Notes under the pieces: generated by a model
What the model was told of the DNA's origin: nothing
The model's input: only the letters and a program-made list of their open reading frames with translations
Databases searched by the model: none
Shown here: in pieces, positions 10,069-19,325 of the stretch
Layout of the letters: the number at the start of each line of letters is the position of its first letter
How positions within the stretch are numbered: the first letter of the stretch is position 1
From: Candidatus Gastranaerophilales bacterium
Lineage (GTDB): Bacteria > Cyanobacteriota > Vampirovibrionia > Gastranaerophilales > Gastranaerophilaceae
Assembly: GCA_947631645.1 (NCBI GenBank)
Contig: CANRMD010000006.1
Location: forward strand, 1,080-65,079
Length of the DNA stretch: 64,000 bases
Reading direction: 5' to 3'
Position numbers and translations under genes: made by a program

Positions 10069-10674
10069 ATGCCGGAGTACTTGAGCAAAGAAGAAATTCG
10101 TAAGTGGAGAAGCTCATTAGAACGCATTACATTAGAAGAGTATGCGGCAAGGTTAGGTAAAGTTATTCAAGAAGAAAAACACGACGATAGTTTAGTTGAC
10201 AGTGTTATGTTTAGGTCTTTAAATTCAATGTCTGTTGAAAAGTACGAACCTAAGACAGAAAAAATACAAACACTCGCAATTAAATCATTTAATAAAGAAA
10301 AAGAAATAAAAAAAGAAACAAAAGAAATAATACCTCAAAAATCTGTTGTAAAAGAAGAAGCTTCTAAAAAAACAGAAAATAAAGAGCCAAAGAAAAAAGA
10401 ACAAGTAAAAGCAAAAGCAAAAGAAGTAAAAATTATGCCGACAGTTAATGAGGATGTAAATATTTCGTTTAAAAAAGCATTAACAGCACGCGAACAAATT
10501 GTTTTTGATTATTTCTTTGCTAATAAAAATAATATAGTATATGCAAAAGATTTAGCTGCAATATTAGAATTGCCGAGAGATTATGTATATAAATATATTA
10601 AAAATCTCAGAAGCAAATTGAATGAAGATATTCTTCAAAATGCTGACAACGGCGGATATTTGCTGAAAGTATAA
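10069..10674 (+). CDS. OmpR/PhoB-type winged-helix DNA-binding protein without receiver domain
   Basis: C-terminal LTAREQIVFDYFFANKNNIVYAKDLAAIL...YIKNLRSKLNEDILQNADNGGYLL fits the Trans_reg_C pattern. The middle is a K/E-rich low-complexity linker. AAGGAG RBS. Confidence 0.6.
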   Translation: MPEYLSKEEIRKWRSSLERITLEEYAARLGKVIQEEKHDDSLVDSVMFRSLNSMSVEKYEPKTEKIQTLAIKSFNKEKEIKKETKEIIPQKSVVKEEASKKTENKEPKKKEQVKAKAKEVKIMPTVNEDVNISFKKALTAREQIVFDYFFANKNNIVYAKDLAAILELPRDYVYKYIKNLRSKLNEDILQNADNGGYLLKV

Positions 10675-10681
10675 TTTATAA

Positions 10682-11809
10682 ATGGCAAAAGAACGATTAA
10701 AAGTGGCATTTCCGCATATGGGAAATGTATATATATCATGGGCTGCTGCGTTAAAGAAATTGGGTTTAGAACCAATTATTCCGCCAAGAACCAGTAAACG
10801 TACATTAGAATTGGCTTCAAAATACAGCCCTGATTCAATTTGTCTGCCTTATAAATTAATACTTGGGAATTTTCTGCAAGCAATTGAAAACGGTGCTGAT
10901 TATGTTGCTATGATTACTTCCCCCGGAATTTGCAGACTCGGAGAATACGGACAGAGCATAAAAAATGTACTGAAAGATATCGGTTATGGTGATAAGTATA
11001 CAGAACTTCAGCTCTATGACGGCTTTAAAGGCATGTATAAGTTCTTAACAGATTTGTCAGGTGAAAAAAATCCTATTCCTTTAATAAAGGCAATAAATAT
11101 GGCGGTTAGAAGCGTTTTTGTTGTTGATAAACTTGAAACACTTTTTTCATATTACAGAGCCAGAGAAATAACTGTAGGAACGGCAGAAAAACATTTTAAT
11201 AAAGCTCTTAATATGGTAATGACGGCAGAAAATACAAGAGAACTTAAAAAAATAGCTAAGGAAGCTTTTGAAGAAATTAAAAAAACGGAAATTGACCCGA
11301 ATAGAGAAATTGTTAACGTAGATATAACGGGCGAAATATTCCTTGTTCAAGACCCGTTTTCCAATCAAAACATAGAAAAAGAACTCGGAAGAATGGGAGT
11401 TCAAACAAGGAGGAGTTTGACTGTTTCAGGTTTTTTAAAAGATGCAATTATTCCAAAGTGGTTTAAAAAAGGTGAAACTCACTTAGAACGTGCTTTTAGA
11501 ATGGCAAAGCCCTACTTGATGCGTGATATCGGCGGTGATGCGTTAGAATCTGTCAGTGATGTAGCATACGCAAATGAACGTGGAGTTGACGGCATTATCC
11601 ATATAAGTCCTTTTACCTGTATGCCTGAGATTATGTCTCAAAATATTTTTCCAACAATGAGAGAAAATTGTGATATTCCTATTTTAACTCTTATTATGGA
11701 TGAACAAACAGGCAGAGCCGGTTATATTACACGTCTTGAAGCTTTTGTTGATTTAATGAAACGAAAAAAGTATATAAAAGCAAAACAAAAAAAATTGCAA
11801 AACGTTTAA
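10682..11809 (+). CDS. Acyl-CoA dehydratase activase-related protein (DUF2229-like), stand-alone
   Basis: N-terminal FPHMGNVYISW...LGLEPIIPPRTSKRTLELASKYSPDSICLPYKLILGNFLQAIENGADYV resembles the DUF2229 pattern (C.P.K...G). Confidence 0.5.
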   Translation: MAKERLKVAFPHMGNVYISWAAALKKLGLEPIIPPRTSKRTLELASKYSPDSICLPYKLILGNFLQAIENGADYVAMITSPGICRLGEYGQSIKNVLKDIGYGDKYTELQLYDGFKGMYKFLTDLSGEKNPIPLIKAINMAVRSVFVVDKLETLFSYYRAREITVGTAEKHFNKALNMVMTAENTRELKKIAKEAFEEIKKTEIDPNREIVNVDITGEIFLVQDPFSNQNIEKELGRMGVQTRRSLTVSGFLKDAIIPKWFKKGETHLERAFRMAKPYLMRDIGGDALESVSDVAYANERGVDGIIHISPFTCMPEIMSQNIFPTMRENCDIPILTLIMDEQTGRAGYITRLEAFVDLMKRKKYIKAKQKKLQNV

Positions 11810-11831
11810 TTATTAAGATTTGTAAAGTACT

Positions 11832-11862
11832 AAAACCCTAATAGAACAAGGGTTTTAATTAG
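11832..11862 (+). terminator. Intrinsic terminator after the DUF2229-like gene
   Basis: AAAACCCT-aatagaaca-AGGGTTTT, then AATTAGTTTTT, 23 nt after the stop. Confidence 0.55.
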
Positions 11863-12033
11863 TTTTTGAAAAATTTTGAAATAATTAGGCAATTATTTAA
11901 AATGTATATACTTTATATATATGTAGATGATAAACACAGGATATTAAGAGAAGCTAATAAAACAAATCATATATTCATACTTACCTTACTTACTACCTTT
12001 ACTAACACACGAGGAAATTGAAAAAGATTTCAG

Positions 12034-12061
12034 AGGAACAATTCTTGTTCCTTTTTTTTTG
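12034..12061 (+). terminator. Strong orphan intrinsic terminator 45 nt upstream of pckA
   Basis: AGGAACAA-ttc-TTGTTCCT followed by T8-T9. No ORF ends nearby. See the finding at 11863-12105. Confidence 0.6.
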
Positions 12062-12105
12062 TGCTATGCTAATAAGTATAGAAAATTAAAAGGAGGAACA
12101 TTAGC

Positions 12106-13704
12106 ATGGAAACATTCGGAATTGAAAAATGGGGAATTATTAACCCTAAAGCTGTTTACAGAAACCTTACTCCCGCTGAATTGACAGAAAAAGCATTAGC
12201 AAGAGGCGAAGGTAAGTTAAGTAATACCGGTGCTTTAGTTGTTACAACAGGTAAATATACCGGTCGTTCACCTAAAGATAAATTTATTGTTGATACCGAT
12301 ACAATTCACAATGAAATAGCATGGGGAAAAGTTAACCGCCCTATTTCAAGAGAAAAATTTAACTCAATAAAAGGCAAAATCGCTGCATACTTAGAAAACA
12401 GAGATGTATTTATATTTGACGGTTTTGCAGGTGCTGATAAAAAATATACTAAAAAATTCAGAGTTATTAATGAACTTGCAAGCCAAAACTTATTTATTCA
12501 TCAATTATTAATCAGACCTTCTCAAGAAGAGCTTGCAAACTACGGTGAAGCTGATTATACAATACTTTGTGCACCGGGCTTCAAATGTGACCCCGAAGTT
12601 GACGGTGTTAATTCTGAAGCTTGTATAGCTATTGACTATGAAGCTCATACAATTATCATTTGCGGTTCTCAATATTCAGGCGAAATTAAAAAATCAGTAT
12701 TCGCTACTATGAACTATGTAATGACGAAAGAAAATGTACTTCCAATGCACTGCAGTGCAAATATGGATCCTGTAACGGGTGAAACGGCAGTATTCTTTGG
12801 CTTATCAGGAACCGGTAAAACTACATTATCAGCAGACCCCGCTCGTAAATTAATCGGTGATGATGAACACGGCTGGTCACCTGACGGTGTATTTAATTTT
12901 GAAGGCGGCTGCTATGCAAAATGTATTAATCTTTCAGCTGAGCATGAACCTGATATTTACAACGCTATTAAATTCGGTTCGCTTGTTGAAAACGTAATTA
13001 TGGATGATAAAACAAGAGAATTTGACTTTAATGACGGTAGCTTAACCGAAAATACCCGTGTCGGTTATCCTATTGAATACATTAACAATGCTCAGGTACC
13101 TTCAAAGGGCGGAATACCTAAAGTTGTTGTATTCTTAACAGCTGATGCATTCGGCGTATTACCTCCTATTTCAAGATTAAACAAAAATGCAGCTATGTAT
13201 CACTTCGTAACAGGCTTTACGTCAAAATTAGCAGGTACAGAACGTGGTGTAACAGAACCTCAACCGACATTCTCTACATTATTCGGTGAACCTTTTATGC
13301 CGATGGATGCATCAGTATATGCTAAGATGTTAGGCGATAAGCTTGATAAATACGGAACACAAGTTTACTTGGTAAATACAGGCTGGGCAGGCGGAAGTGC
13401 AGCATCAGGTGCTAAACGTATGAAATTAAGCTACACAAGAGCTATGGTTACGGCTGCATTAAACGGATCATTTAATAACGTTGAATTCAAACATCATGAT
13501 GTATTTAACGTTGATTATCCGTCAAGCTGCCCCAATGTTCCAGATGAAATGCTTGATGCACGCGGTATGTGGGCTGATAAGAACGCTTATGACGAATCTG
13601 CAAATAAGTTAGCTCAAATGTTTGAAGATAACTTCAAGGCTAAATATCCTAATATGCCGTCAGAAATTGTTAACGCAGGTCCTAAACCAAAATGCAGAGT
13701 TTAA
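12106..13704 (+). CDS. pckA: Phosphoenolpyruvate carboxykinase (ATP)
   Basis: GLSGTGKTTLS kinase-1a motif, IGDDEHGW and FEGGCYAK. Length 532 aa. AGGAGG RBS. Confidence 0.97.
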   Translation: METFGIEKWGIINPKAVYRNLTPAELTEKALARGEGKLSNTGALVVTTGKYTGRSPKDKFIVDTDTIHNEIAWGKVNRPISREKFNSIKGKIAAYLENRDVFIFDGFAGADKKYTKKFRVINELASQNLFIHQLLIRPSQEELANYGEADYTILCAPGFKCDPEVDGVNSEACIAIDYEAHTIIICGSQYSGEIKKSVFATMNYVMTKENVLPMHCSANMDPVTGETAVFFGLSGTGKTTLSADPARKLIGDDEHGWSPDGVFNFEGGCYAKCINLSAEHEPDIYNAIKFGSLVENVIMDDKTREFDFNDGSLTENTRVGYPIEYINNAQVPSKGGIPKVVVFLTADAFGVLPPISRLNKNAAMYHFVTGFTSKLAGTERGVTEPQPTFSTLFGEPFMPMDASVYAKMLGDKLDKYGTQVYLVNTGWAGGSAASGAKRMKLSYTRAMVTAALNGSFNNVEFKHHDVFNVDYPSSCPNVPDEMLDARGMWADKNAYDESANKLAQMFEDNFKAKYPNMPSEIVNAGPKPKCRV

Positions 13705-13722
13705 TCTGATTTGTTTTTTAGA

Positions 13723-13760
13723 AAGCGGGCAGGTGATATACAACACTTGCCCGCTTTTAT
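13723..13760 (+). terminator. Intrinsic terminator after pckA
   Basis: AAGCGGGCAGGTG-atatacaa-CACTTGCCCGCTT (one G-U) followed by TTATTGCTTTT. Confidence 0.7.
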
Positions 13761-13870
13761 TGCTTTTATTATTTAAATTCTATATATATTAACGATACGG
13801 AGTGATATATGAAAAAATTTATAACATATTTATTTGTGCTTATATTAATAATAAAAAATGAAAAATTGTT

Positions 13871-14872
13871 TTAAGCATTTTCTATCATTTGTTTGTCTTT
13901 ATCTCTCCATTGATAGGAAATTTCATAAGCAATATTATTTTCTATCGCAAGTTTTTTCATCAGGCTTGCCTGATTAATTATATCTTCGGTTATATTGCCA
14001 AAAGGGCTTCTCGGGTTATTGGCACTGTTTGATTCGCAGTCTATAACAATGTGTTTAACTTTTGCTTCTTTGCATTTTTCAATAAATTGACGAACGTCAT
14101 TTTCGTTTGCACTCAAAGAAAAGAAAATATATTTAACAAACAACATATCGGGGTATTGAGCGTATTTTTTAATATTTTCCCAAACTCTGTTAAAGTTATT
14201 TTGTCTTTTTATTTTTACATAAGTTTCTTCGGTTCCCGCATCAGGGCTGATTTGAATACTCATGGAACCGTCTTTTAAACCTTCAAGAATTGTATTTGAA
14301 AATTCAATTCCCGAAGAATTAATTGCCTGTCTTATATGATTTTTATGGAAGAATTCGGCAATATCTTCAAACTCCGAGCAAAGCAAGGGTTCGCCCCCGC
14401 CCCAATTAATAAGACAATTATCATTAATTGTTTTTTGTTTAATCATTTGTTTAATTATCGGAAGCAGTCTGTATTTTATATCCTCGGTTTTTCTCCCTAT
14501 TGCACAATATATGCAGTTTGAATTGCACTTTGTAAAGTGATTTATTGTTAAAAAAGTTATTTGTTTTTCATAAGGCAGAGGCGGAACTACTTGTTTAATC
14601 AAAAATTTACATCCCCTGCATGCGGCATTAGCTGTTTGATTAGAGTTCATAATTCTGTCCAAATGATTTATATATTCATCAAAATTAAATTTTTTAATGG
14701 GAATAGGATATATAACAGGCGGAGAATACGGCATCCTTGAACAATGACAGCATTTATGAACACTAAACGGAAGAAAAGATATATCTTCATATATTCTCGA
14801 GCAAAATAACAATTCCTTATCCGCCCATTTTTCATTAAATTTATTAATTTTATATTTTTTGAACATAAACAA
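13871..14872 (-). CDS. Radical SAM protein with N-terminal Cys-rich domain (paralog B)
   Basis: CNSNCIYC, GGGEPLL, and N-terminal C24-x16-C41C42H plus CRGC. Collinear with 8842-9816 (INSSGI, ISPD..TY..IKR...FN.VW.NIKKYA). Confidence 0.75.
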   Translation of the reverse strand: MFMFKKYKINKFNEKWADKELLFCSRIYEDISFLPFSVHKCCHCSRMPYSPPVIYPIPIKKFNFDEYINHLDRIMNSNQTANAACRGCKFLIKQVVPPLPYEKQITFLTINHFTKCNSNCIYCAIGRKTEDIKYRLLPIIKQMIKQKTINDNCLINWGGGEPLLCSEFEDIAEFFHKNHIRQAINSSGIEFSNTILEGLKDGSMSIQISPDAGTEETYVKIKRQNNFNRVWENIKKYAQYPDMLFVKYIFFSLSANENDVRQFIEKCKEAKVKHIVIDCESNSANNPRSPFGNITEDIINQASLMKKLAIENNIAYEISYQWRDKDKQMIENA

Positions 14873-14980
14873 ATTATATCAAATTGAAATATAAAAAAAA
14901 ATCATTAATACACTAAACAGAGTATTTAAAATACCTTAAAAAAAGTACATACTTAGATATGTAGAAAAGGCGGTATAAGG

Positions 14981-16372
14981 TTGTACAATTCTATATATCC
15001 GAATTATGTAAATAACTATTTCGGCGTAAATAATAGAATAATAAAGAGAAAACAAGATGATGAGAAAAATTCTCAATCATCTAAAAAAGCTGAAAATGAA
15101 CCACAGCGAGATAAACACTCGCCTAAAGACGGCATGTATTTTCCTAATGGTGAAAAAACAGCAATAGATTATACAAAAAGACAGATTAGCATTGATCAAG
15201 TTGTAAAAGATTTTAAAAATACCGCAAATGCAATAGGTGTACCTGATGATCTTAAATCGGAAGTCGGCAAATATTTATCTTTGGTTGAAAGTCAAGCTCA
15301 AAAGGAACAGCCTAATGCACAAATAATACAATCAAATTTAAAAAGTGCCTCTAAAATACTTGATGAGTATATAACCGAAACCTTAAAAAAACCATCCAGA
15401 GTCGTCGAAAACTGGGTAGATACATTATTTTTACAGGAAGTTGATTATAAAAGCGGAAAAAAGGTTCAACAAGAATCTGAAATGCCGCAAACGCAGCCTC
15501 AAACGACAGAAGAAATAACTGTTGTCGATGAACAAACTCCAACTCAAGAACAACCGACTGAAGAAAATCAAGCCGCTAAAGAAGAACAAGTAACATCAAA
15601 AACTTATTATGTTCCGATTGATGCTCAATTAAGAGAATTACTTATTGCGGCAAAAAATTCCGCAGATGTTAAAAATAATGAACAAGCTCTGTATTTGTAC
15701 CAAAGTGCAATGGATTATGCAGAGCAAATAGGAGATATTCAGGCATGTGCAATAATTCATTATGAACAGGGGAAATTGTATAATAAATTTAATAGGCTTG
15801 AAGATGCACTATATAATTATGACAGAGCGGCTAAAAAAAGTAGTGATTTTAATATAAAAGCAAGAGCACATATTTCAATGGGTAAAATTTACGATGATTA
15901 CGTATATGTACAGCCAGCACTTGACCACTATTGTGCCGCTGTATCTTTTGCCGGAGAATCGGATAATTTAAAACTTCAAACAAAAGCCTTGACTGATTTG
16001 GCTCAAATTCATACAGACAGATATGAAAAAGATGACGCAATAATGTTTATGTCTTTAGCCGCAGTTAGTGCAAATGAAACAGGAAACGAAAAACTAAAGG
16101 GTTTAACTTATTTAAGAAGTGCAAAAAACTGTGAGAAATTAAACGAGAAAGCAAGAGCATTAAGATTATACGGAAATTCTTCAGCTTCATTTATTAAAAC
16201 CGAAGATAATGAAAATTTGGCAAAAAATTATAGAGATGCTGCACTAATAATGCTAAGCTACGGAAATAAAGCCAAAGCAAAATCACTTTTATCAAAAGCG
16301 TTTATTGTTGCACAAAAAACTTCGGATGCTGATTTAAAAGAAGATATTACTAAAAAGCTGGCTGTTTTGTAG
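14981..16372 (+). CDS. Hypothetical protein, Q/E/T-rich N-terminal half and TPR-like C-terminal half
   Basis: Repeated A..Y...A helical-repeat pattern (ALYLYQSAMDYAEQIGD, ALYNYDRAAKKS, ALDHYCAAVSFAG). TTG start is taken from the ORF track and is uncertain. Confidence 0.5.
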   Translation: MYNSIYPNYVNNYFGVNNRIIKRKQDDEKNSQSSKKAENEPQRDKHSPKDGMYFPNGEKTAIDYTKRQISIDQVVKDFKNTANAIGVPDDLKSEVGKYLSLVESQAQKEQPNAQIIQSNLKSASKILDEYITETLKKPSRVVENWVDTLFLQEVDYKSGKKVQQESEMPQTQPQTTEEITVVDEQTPTQEQPTEENQAAKEEQVTSKTYYVPIDAQLRELLIAAKNSADVKNNEQALYLYQSAMDYAEQIGDIQACAIIHYEQGKLYNKFNRLEDALYNYDRAAKKSSDFNIKARAHISMGKIYDDYVYVQPALDHYCAAVSFAGESDNLKLQTKALTDLAQIHTDRYEKDDAIMFMSLAAVSANETGNEKLKGLTYLRSAKNCEKLNEKARALRLYGNSSASFIKTEDNENLAKNYRDAALIMLSYGNKAKAKSLLSKAFIVAQKTSDADLKEDITKKLAVL

Positions 16373-16451
16373 CATTGTATAAAATTATTTCAGAATAGAC
16401 AAAATTCCTTTTTTCGTTTATAAAAGTAGTAACTGAATAAAAGGGATATAT

Positions 16452-17795
16452 ATGAAAATTGTTATATATGGTGCAAATGAAACAGCGGCACTAATAGCGG
16501 CAAGTCTTTTTGAGGACCACGACATAATTGTAATAGATGACGAACCAAACGCTAATGATGATATACAAAAGCTTGATATAGAATATGTACAGGGAACGGG
16601 TTCTAATATTGCATTGTTAGAAACAATCGGTATAAAAGATGCCGATATATTTATAGCTTGTACCGAAAATGATGAAGCTAATATAGTTGCGTGTTTGACC
16701 GTTACAAATATGACAAAGTTAAAAACCGCATGTTTTGTAAGTAAAAAAGAAAATGTAGAGTCTTTATCCTTGGTAAGAGGTTCAAAATATCAACGTGAGC
16801 TTATGATTGATTATGTTCTTTGGCCTGAAGAACTTATGACTCAAGAAATTTTCAGAATTATAACAGTACCTAATGCTATAGATGTTGAAAATTTTGCTAA
16901 CGGAAAAGCAAGACTTCTTGAATACAGAGTTGTTGAAACAACAAATTTTCTAAATAAAAAAGTAAAAGATTGCAGTTTCCCCGAAGAAACACTTATTGTA
17001 GGAATTACAAGAGATAATACTTTGTTTATTCCAAATGGTGATACCGAATTGCAACTCAATGATAAAGTTATATTTATGGGTTCATCGTATTCTTTGGATA
17101 TTTTAGCAAATAAATTCTTTCAGGAAAAAAATGACGTTAAACAAGTAACAATTATCGGAGGCGGTAATGTGGGCTTGATGCTTGCTCAGAACCTTGAAAA
17201 AGCCAATATGAAAATAAAAATTATTGAATATGATTATGACAGATGTGTTGAACTTACCGAAAATTTAAAAAATACACTTGTTATAAACGGAGACGGGGCA
17301 AATTTTGCACTGCTTGAAGAAGAACGTGTCAGCGAATCAGATGTTGTTGTCAGCGTAACAAATAATGATGAAAGAAATTTACTGTGTTCTTTATTGGCAA
17401 AACAATTAGGTGTTGATAAAGTTATTACAAGAGTTTCCAAAAATGCTAATGCTAATCTTTTTGAGAAAGTAGGTATAGATGTTGCTATTTCTCAAAACGG
17501 GGCAGCTATTGATGAAATTGAAAATCATTTAATTAAAACTGATGTAGAAATTCTTGCAACAGTTGAAAGAGGGCAGGGAAAAGTTCTGGAAATATGTATA
17601 CCGTTTGATTTCAAGACTAATACAATTATGAATTTAAAACTTCCTTGTGAAGCAATAATAGCCATTATTCAACGCAGAAACAGAGTAATAATTCCTCGCG
17701 GTACAACACAAATTATGCCATTTGATAATTTAATTGTGTTTACAACACAAGAAAATGCCGACAAGGTTTTAAATTATTTTAAAAGGTGCGTATAA
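16452..17795 (+). CDS. trkA: Trk potassium uptake system NAD-binding subunit
   Basis: Two Rossmann motifs (KIVIYGANETA, VTIIGGGNVGLMLA), each followed by a TrkA-C-like domain. Adjacent to trkH. Confidence 0.9.
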   Translation: MKIVIYGANETAALIAASLFEDHDIIVIDDEPNANDDIQKLDIEYVQGTGSNIALLETIGIKDADIFIACTENDEANIVACLTVTNMTKLKTACFVSKKENVESLSLVRGSKYQRELMIDYVLWPEELMTQEIFRIITVPNAIDVENFANGKARLLEYRVVETTNFLNKKVKDCSFPEETLIVGITRDNTLFIPNGDTELQLNDKVIFMGSSYSLDILANKFFQEKNDVKQVTIIGGGNVGLMLAQNLEKANMKIKIIEYDYDRCVELTENLKNTLVINGDGANFALLEEERVSESDVVVSVTNNDERNLLCSLLAKQLGVDKVITRVSKNANANLFEKVGIDVAISQNGAAIDEIENHLIKTDVEILATVERGQGKVLEICIPFDFKTNTIMNLKLPCEAIIAIIQRRNRVIIPRGTTQIMPFDNLIVFTTQENADKVLNYFKRCV

Positions 17796-17797
17796 AT

Positions 17798-19282
17798 ATG
17801 AATTATCGCAATATATTTAATACAATAAGTTTAATATTAAAATATATAGCAGTTTTAATGCTTATACCTTGTATTTGTTCAATAATATTTAAAGAATGGA
17901 ATGCCTATCAGCCTTTTATTATAGCCTCGGCTGTCTCATTTTTACTGAGTACGATTTTGAAAGATCGTTCGGGTAATGAAGATTTGAATAAAATTAATAA
18001 AGGTGAAACGCTTGCAACTGTTTTATTTTCTTGGATTATCTTTGCGTTAATATCTGCAATTCCGTATTTATATTACGGATTAACTCCGATAAATGCATTA
18101 TTTGAAAGTTTTTCGGGTGTAACAACAACAGGTGCAACCGTTTTAACTGATTTTAGCTTGTATCCTAAAACAATGTTCTTTTGGCGTTCATTCAGTCAAT
18201 GGCTTGGCGGTATGGGAATATTAGTATTGTTTATAGCAATATTGCCTCAATTCGCAATCGCAGGCAGACAAATGTTTTTCGCTGAATCCCCGGGGGCAAG
18301 TTCTACCGAAAGTAAATTAACCCCGAGAATTAGACAAACCGCAGCGGCACTATGGAGTATATATTTTATTTTAACATTTTTGGAAATAATAATATTAAAA
18401 TGGATGGGAATGCCCTTATTTGATTCGATTTGTAATTCCTTTTCAACTGTTGCAAACGGCGGGTTTTCTCCTGCTGCTGACAGTATTATGCAATATGGCG
18501 ACCCTAAGTACTTTTGGACTATCGCTTTATTCATGTTTTTGGCAGGTACTAACTTTGCTCTTCAGTATAAAATCTATGTAAAAAGAAACTTTATGGCGTT
18601 ATTTAAAGATTATGAATTTAAATTGTATTTCTTTACTGTTTTTATTTTCACAATATTAATAACAATAGTTTTAGTTACTTTAAATATGTATGATGTAAAA
18701 AAAGCAATAGAATCAGCATTGTTTCAGGTAATATCAATAATAACAACAACCGGTTTTTATACTGTTGATTACGATCAATGGAATTTAAGAGCGAAATTAA
18801 TATTATTTATTTTAATGTTCTGTGGAGCCTCAATTGGTTCGGCATCAGGCGGGTTAAAATTATTGAGATTAATATTTATTTTCAAATATTTAAAACGCCA
18901 AGTGGCAAAAATATTCCATCCAAACGGTGTGTATCCGATAAAAATTAACAGAGTAATTATAAATGAAGATATTGTAAGACAAATGATATCTTTTGTAATA
19001 TTTTATTATACTATTTTTGCTTTGACTGCAGTCTTGTTAACATTTATTGAAGAAAATACGATAGTCGGAATATCAAGTGCAATAGCATCTTTGGGAAATA
19101 TCGGACCCGGGTTCGGTTCAATAGGTCCAACATGTAATTTTTCGGGGATGCAAAATATTTCTAAAATTATATGTATGATTAATATGCTTGTGGGTCGTTT
19201 GGAATTAATTCCGTTTTTGGCTTTATTACATCCTGATTTTTGGAGTTTTAAAAAAATAAAAAACTTGCCAAAAAATAAGTAA
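17798..19282 (+). CDS. trkH: Trk potassium uptake system membrane subunit
   Basis: Polytopic protein with TrkH selectivity-filter-like motifs (SGVTTTGAT, STVANGGFS, ITTTGF, GASIGSASGGLK). ATG 17798 is preferred over GTG 17786. Confidence 0.9.
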   Translation: MNYRNIFNTISLILKYIAVLMLIPCICSIIFKEWNAYQPFIIASAVSFLLSTILKDRSGNEDLNKINKGETLATVLFSWIIFALISAIPYLYYGLTPINALFESFSGVTTTGATVLTDFSLYPKTMFFWRSFSQWLGGMGILVLFIAILPQFAIAGRQMFFAESPGASSTESKLTPRIRQTAAALWSIYFILTFLEIIILKWMGMPLFDSICNSFSTVANGGFSPAADSIMQYGDPKYFWTIALFMFLAGTNFALQYKIYVKRNFMALFKDYEFKLYFFTVFIFTILITIVLVTLNMYDVKKAIESALFQVISIITTTGFYTVDYDQWNLRAKLILFILMFCGASIGSASGGLKLLRLIFIFKYLKRQVAKIFHPNGVYPIKINRVIINEDIVRQMISFVIFYYTIFALTAVLLTFIEENTIVGISSAIASLGNIGPGFGSIGPTCNFSGMQNISKIICMINMLVGRLELIPFLALLHPDFWSFKKIKNLPKNK

Positions 19283-19325
19283 ATATGATACAATTTTTTT
19301 GTTATTAATTAGTTTTGAGAGTAGT

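Noticed and set aside
13809-13874. 21-aa micro-ORF MKKFITYLFVLILIIKNEKLF with a GGAG RBS, considered as a possible radical SAM (RiPP) precursor
   Set aside because: It is convergent with the radical SAM gene rather than co-oriented, is purely hydrophobic and Lys-rich as expected from AT-rich noise, and has no Cys, Ser or Thr core. It is mentioned only as a low-probability candidate.
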